A stretch of 61,639 nucleotides of DNA from an uncultured Pseudomonadota bacterium (lineage in GTDB: Bacteria; SAR324; NAC60-12): positions 1-61,639 of the forward strand of contig CAJWCD010000003.1 of NCBI GenBank assembly GCA_913020725.1, read 5' to 3'. The position numbers were made by a program, and so were the translations under genes. A model generated the notes under the pieces. It was not told the origin of the DNA. It searched no databases and saw only the letters and a list, made by a program, of their open reading frames with translations. Shown in pieces: positions 60,945 through 61,639 of this stretch; position 1 is the first letter of the stretch; every line of letters starts with the position of its first letter.

Positions 60945-61639
60945 TTAGTTCGTCGACTTTCGGCCCCGTGCAACGAGGGCGGCCCAGCCTTCGGTGTCAA
61001 TGTTGCTGCCGCAGAGGATGGCGGCCACGGAACGTCCTGCGCATTCCTGCTTGAGCGGACCCATGAGGGCGGCAAGCACCGCACAGCCTGCAGGCTCCAG
61101 CGCTAGTTTGAGTTCATCGGCGGCCCAAGCCATGGCGGCGCAGATGGCATCGTCACTGACGCAGACCATTTGGTCAATGACCTGCTGGCAGACGCTGAAG
61201 CTCAGGGGAGCGTGAAGGGGGGCACCCATGCTGTCGGCGATGGTGTTCACCTCCACTTTTTCCAGAGGTTGTCCCTGTGCCAAGCTCTGCGTCATGCCCT
61301 GAGCACCTTCCGGTTCTACCCCAATGATTTGAACCTGTGGGCGCAGTTGCTTGACCGCCGCCCCCACTCCGGAAATCAAACCACCCCCGCCAACGGCAAC
61401 AAGCAGGAGGTCAAACCTCTCAAGCTGCTCCACGATTTCCAGTCCCAAAGTGCCGGTTCCCTGCATCGTCCGGACGCCCTCAAAAGGATGAATAATGGAG
61501 CGGCCTTCGGTTTCAGAAATCCGGTGCATTTCCTCGAAGGCGACTGCGATGTCGTCCACCAGCACCACCTCTCCTCCAAACTCGCGAACGCGCTGGATGC
61601 GGAAGGGGTTGGCTTTGCGGTGCATGAGCACTTTAGCGC
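60945..61639 (-). CDS. PLP-dependent threonine or serine dehydratase. Only the C-terminal two-thirds is present; the N-terminus lies beyond the window edge.
   Basis: GGEVVLVDD...IHPFEG...GQGTLGLEIVEQ and GGGGLISGV. Confidence 0.7.
   Translation of the reverse strand, partial: AKVLMHRKANPFRIQRVREFGGEVVLVDDIAVAFEEMHRISETEGRSIIHPFEGVRTMQGTGTLGLEIVEQLERFDLLLVAVGGGGLISGVGAAVKQLRPQVQIIGVEPEGAQGMTQSLAQGQPLEKVEVNTIADSMGAPLHAPLSFSVCQQVIDQMVCVSDDAICAAMAWAADELKLALEPAGCAVLAALMGPLKQECAGRSVAAILCGSNIDTEGWAALVARGRKSTN

Noticed and set aside
60945-61631. Threonine dehydratase called as a complete gene starting at MLMHRK.
   Set aside because: Alignment logic places this segment at the middle and C-terminal regions of the PLP fold. 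The N-terminal lysine-containing region must lie beyond the window end, so the gene is partial.

Overview
This is a 61.6 kb chromosomal window from a GC-rich (about 58-60%) bacterium. rpoB (1418 aa) and rpoC (1416 aa) are unusually long, and several ribosomal proteins carry low-complexity tails; I could not assign the lineage. Gene order through the window: (1) A tandem array of three intact flagellin genes plus a fourth copy with an internal deletion, a frame shift and a nonsense codon. Each flagellin has its own hairpin terminator and a similar AT-rich palindrome far upstream. (2) A 1075-aa secreted protein with many FG-GAP repeats, and a degenerate EAL-like protein whose start codon overlaps the dnaB stop. 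(3) A conserved minus-strand block: dnaB, rplI, rpsR, rpsF, ychF, pth, rplY. (4) A 5'-disrupted, frameshifted DUF3782-like pseudogene sitting on a 16-bp perfect inverted repeat, followed by a solo dynamin-like GTPase, pcm, a HAD hydrolase, an outer-membrane protein, folC and an HflC-like protein. (5) An unusual catabolic cluster: PrpF-family isomerase, SDR, RraA-like aldolase, crotonase, PaaH-type 3-hydroxyacyl-CoA dehydrogenase and a PrpB-family lyase, with no prpC or prpD in the window. (6) trxB, a cold-shock-domain protein that appears to be membrane-anchored, argG, a Bax-inhibitor-1 homologue, PBP1A, then rpoB and rpoC. (7) A hotdog thioesterase translationally coupled to tkt, rpiA and rpe, then gap, a methyltransferase, rluD and a thermonuclease-like protein. 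(8) A roughly 850-bp low-GC (about 33%) insert carrying a single SAM methyltransferase, next to about 800 bp with no coding signal. (9) Two SDRs, a DMT transporter and a threonine dehydratase gene cut by the window edge. No CRISPR array, tRNA, rRNA or intact mobile element was seen. The parts most worth follow-up are the flagellin array with its shared palindromes and the non-canonical prpF/prpB/RraA/beta-oxidation cluster.
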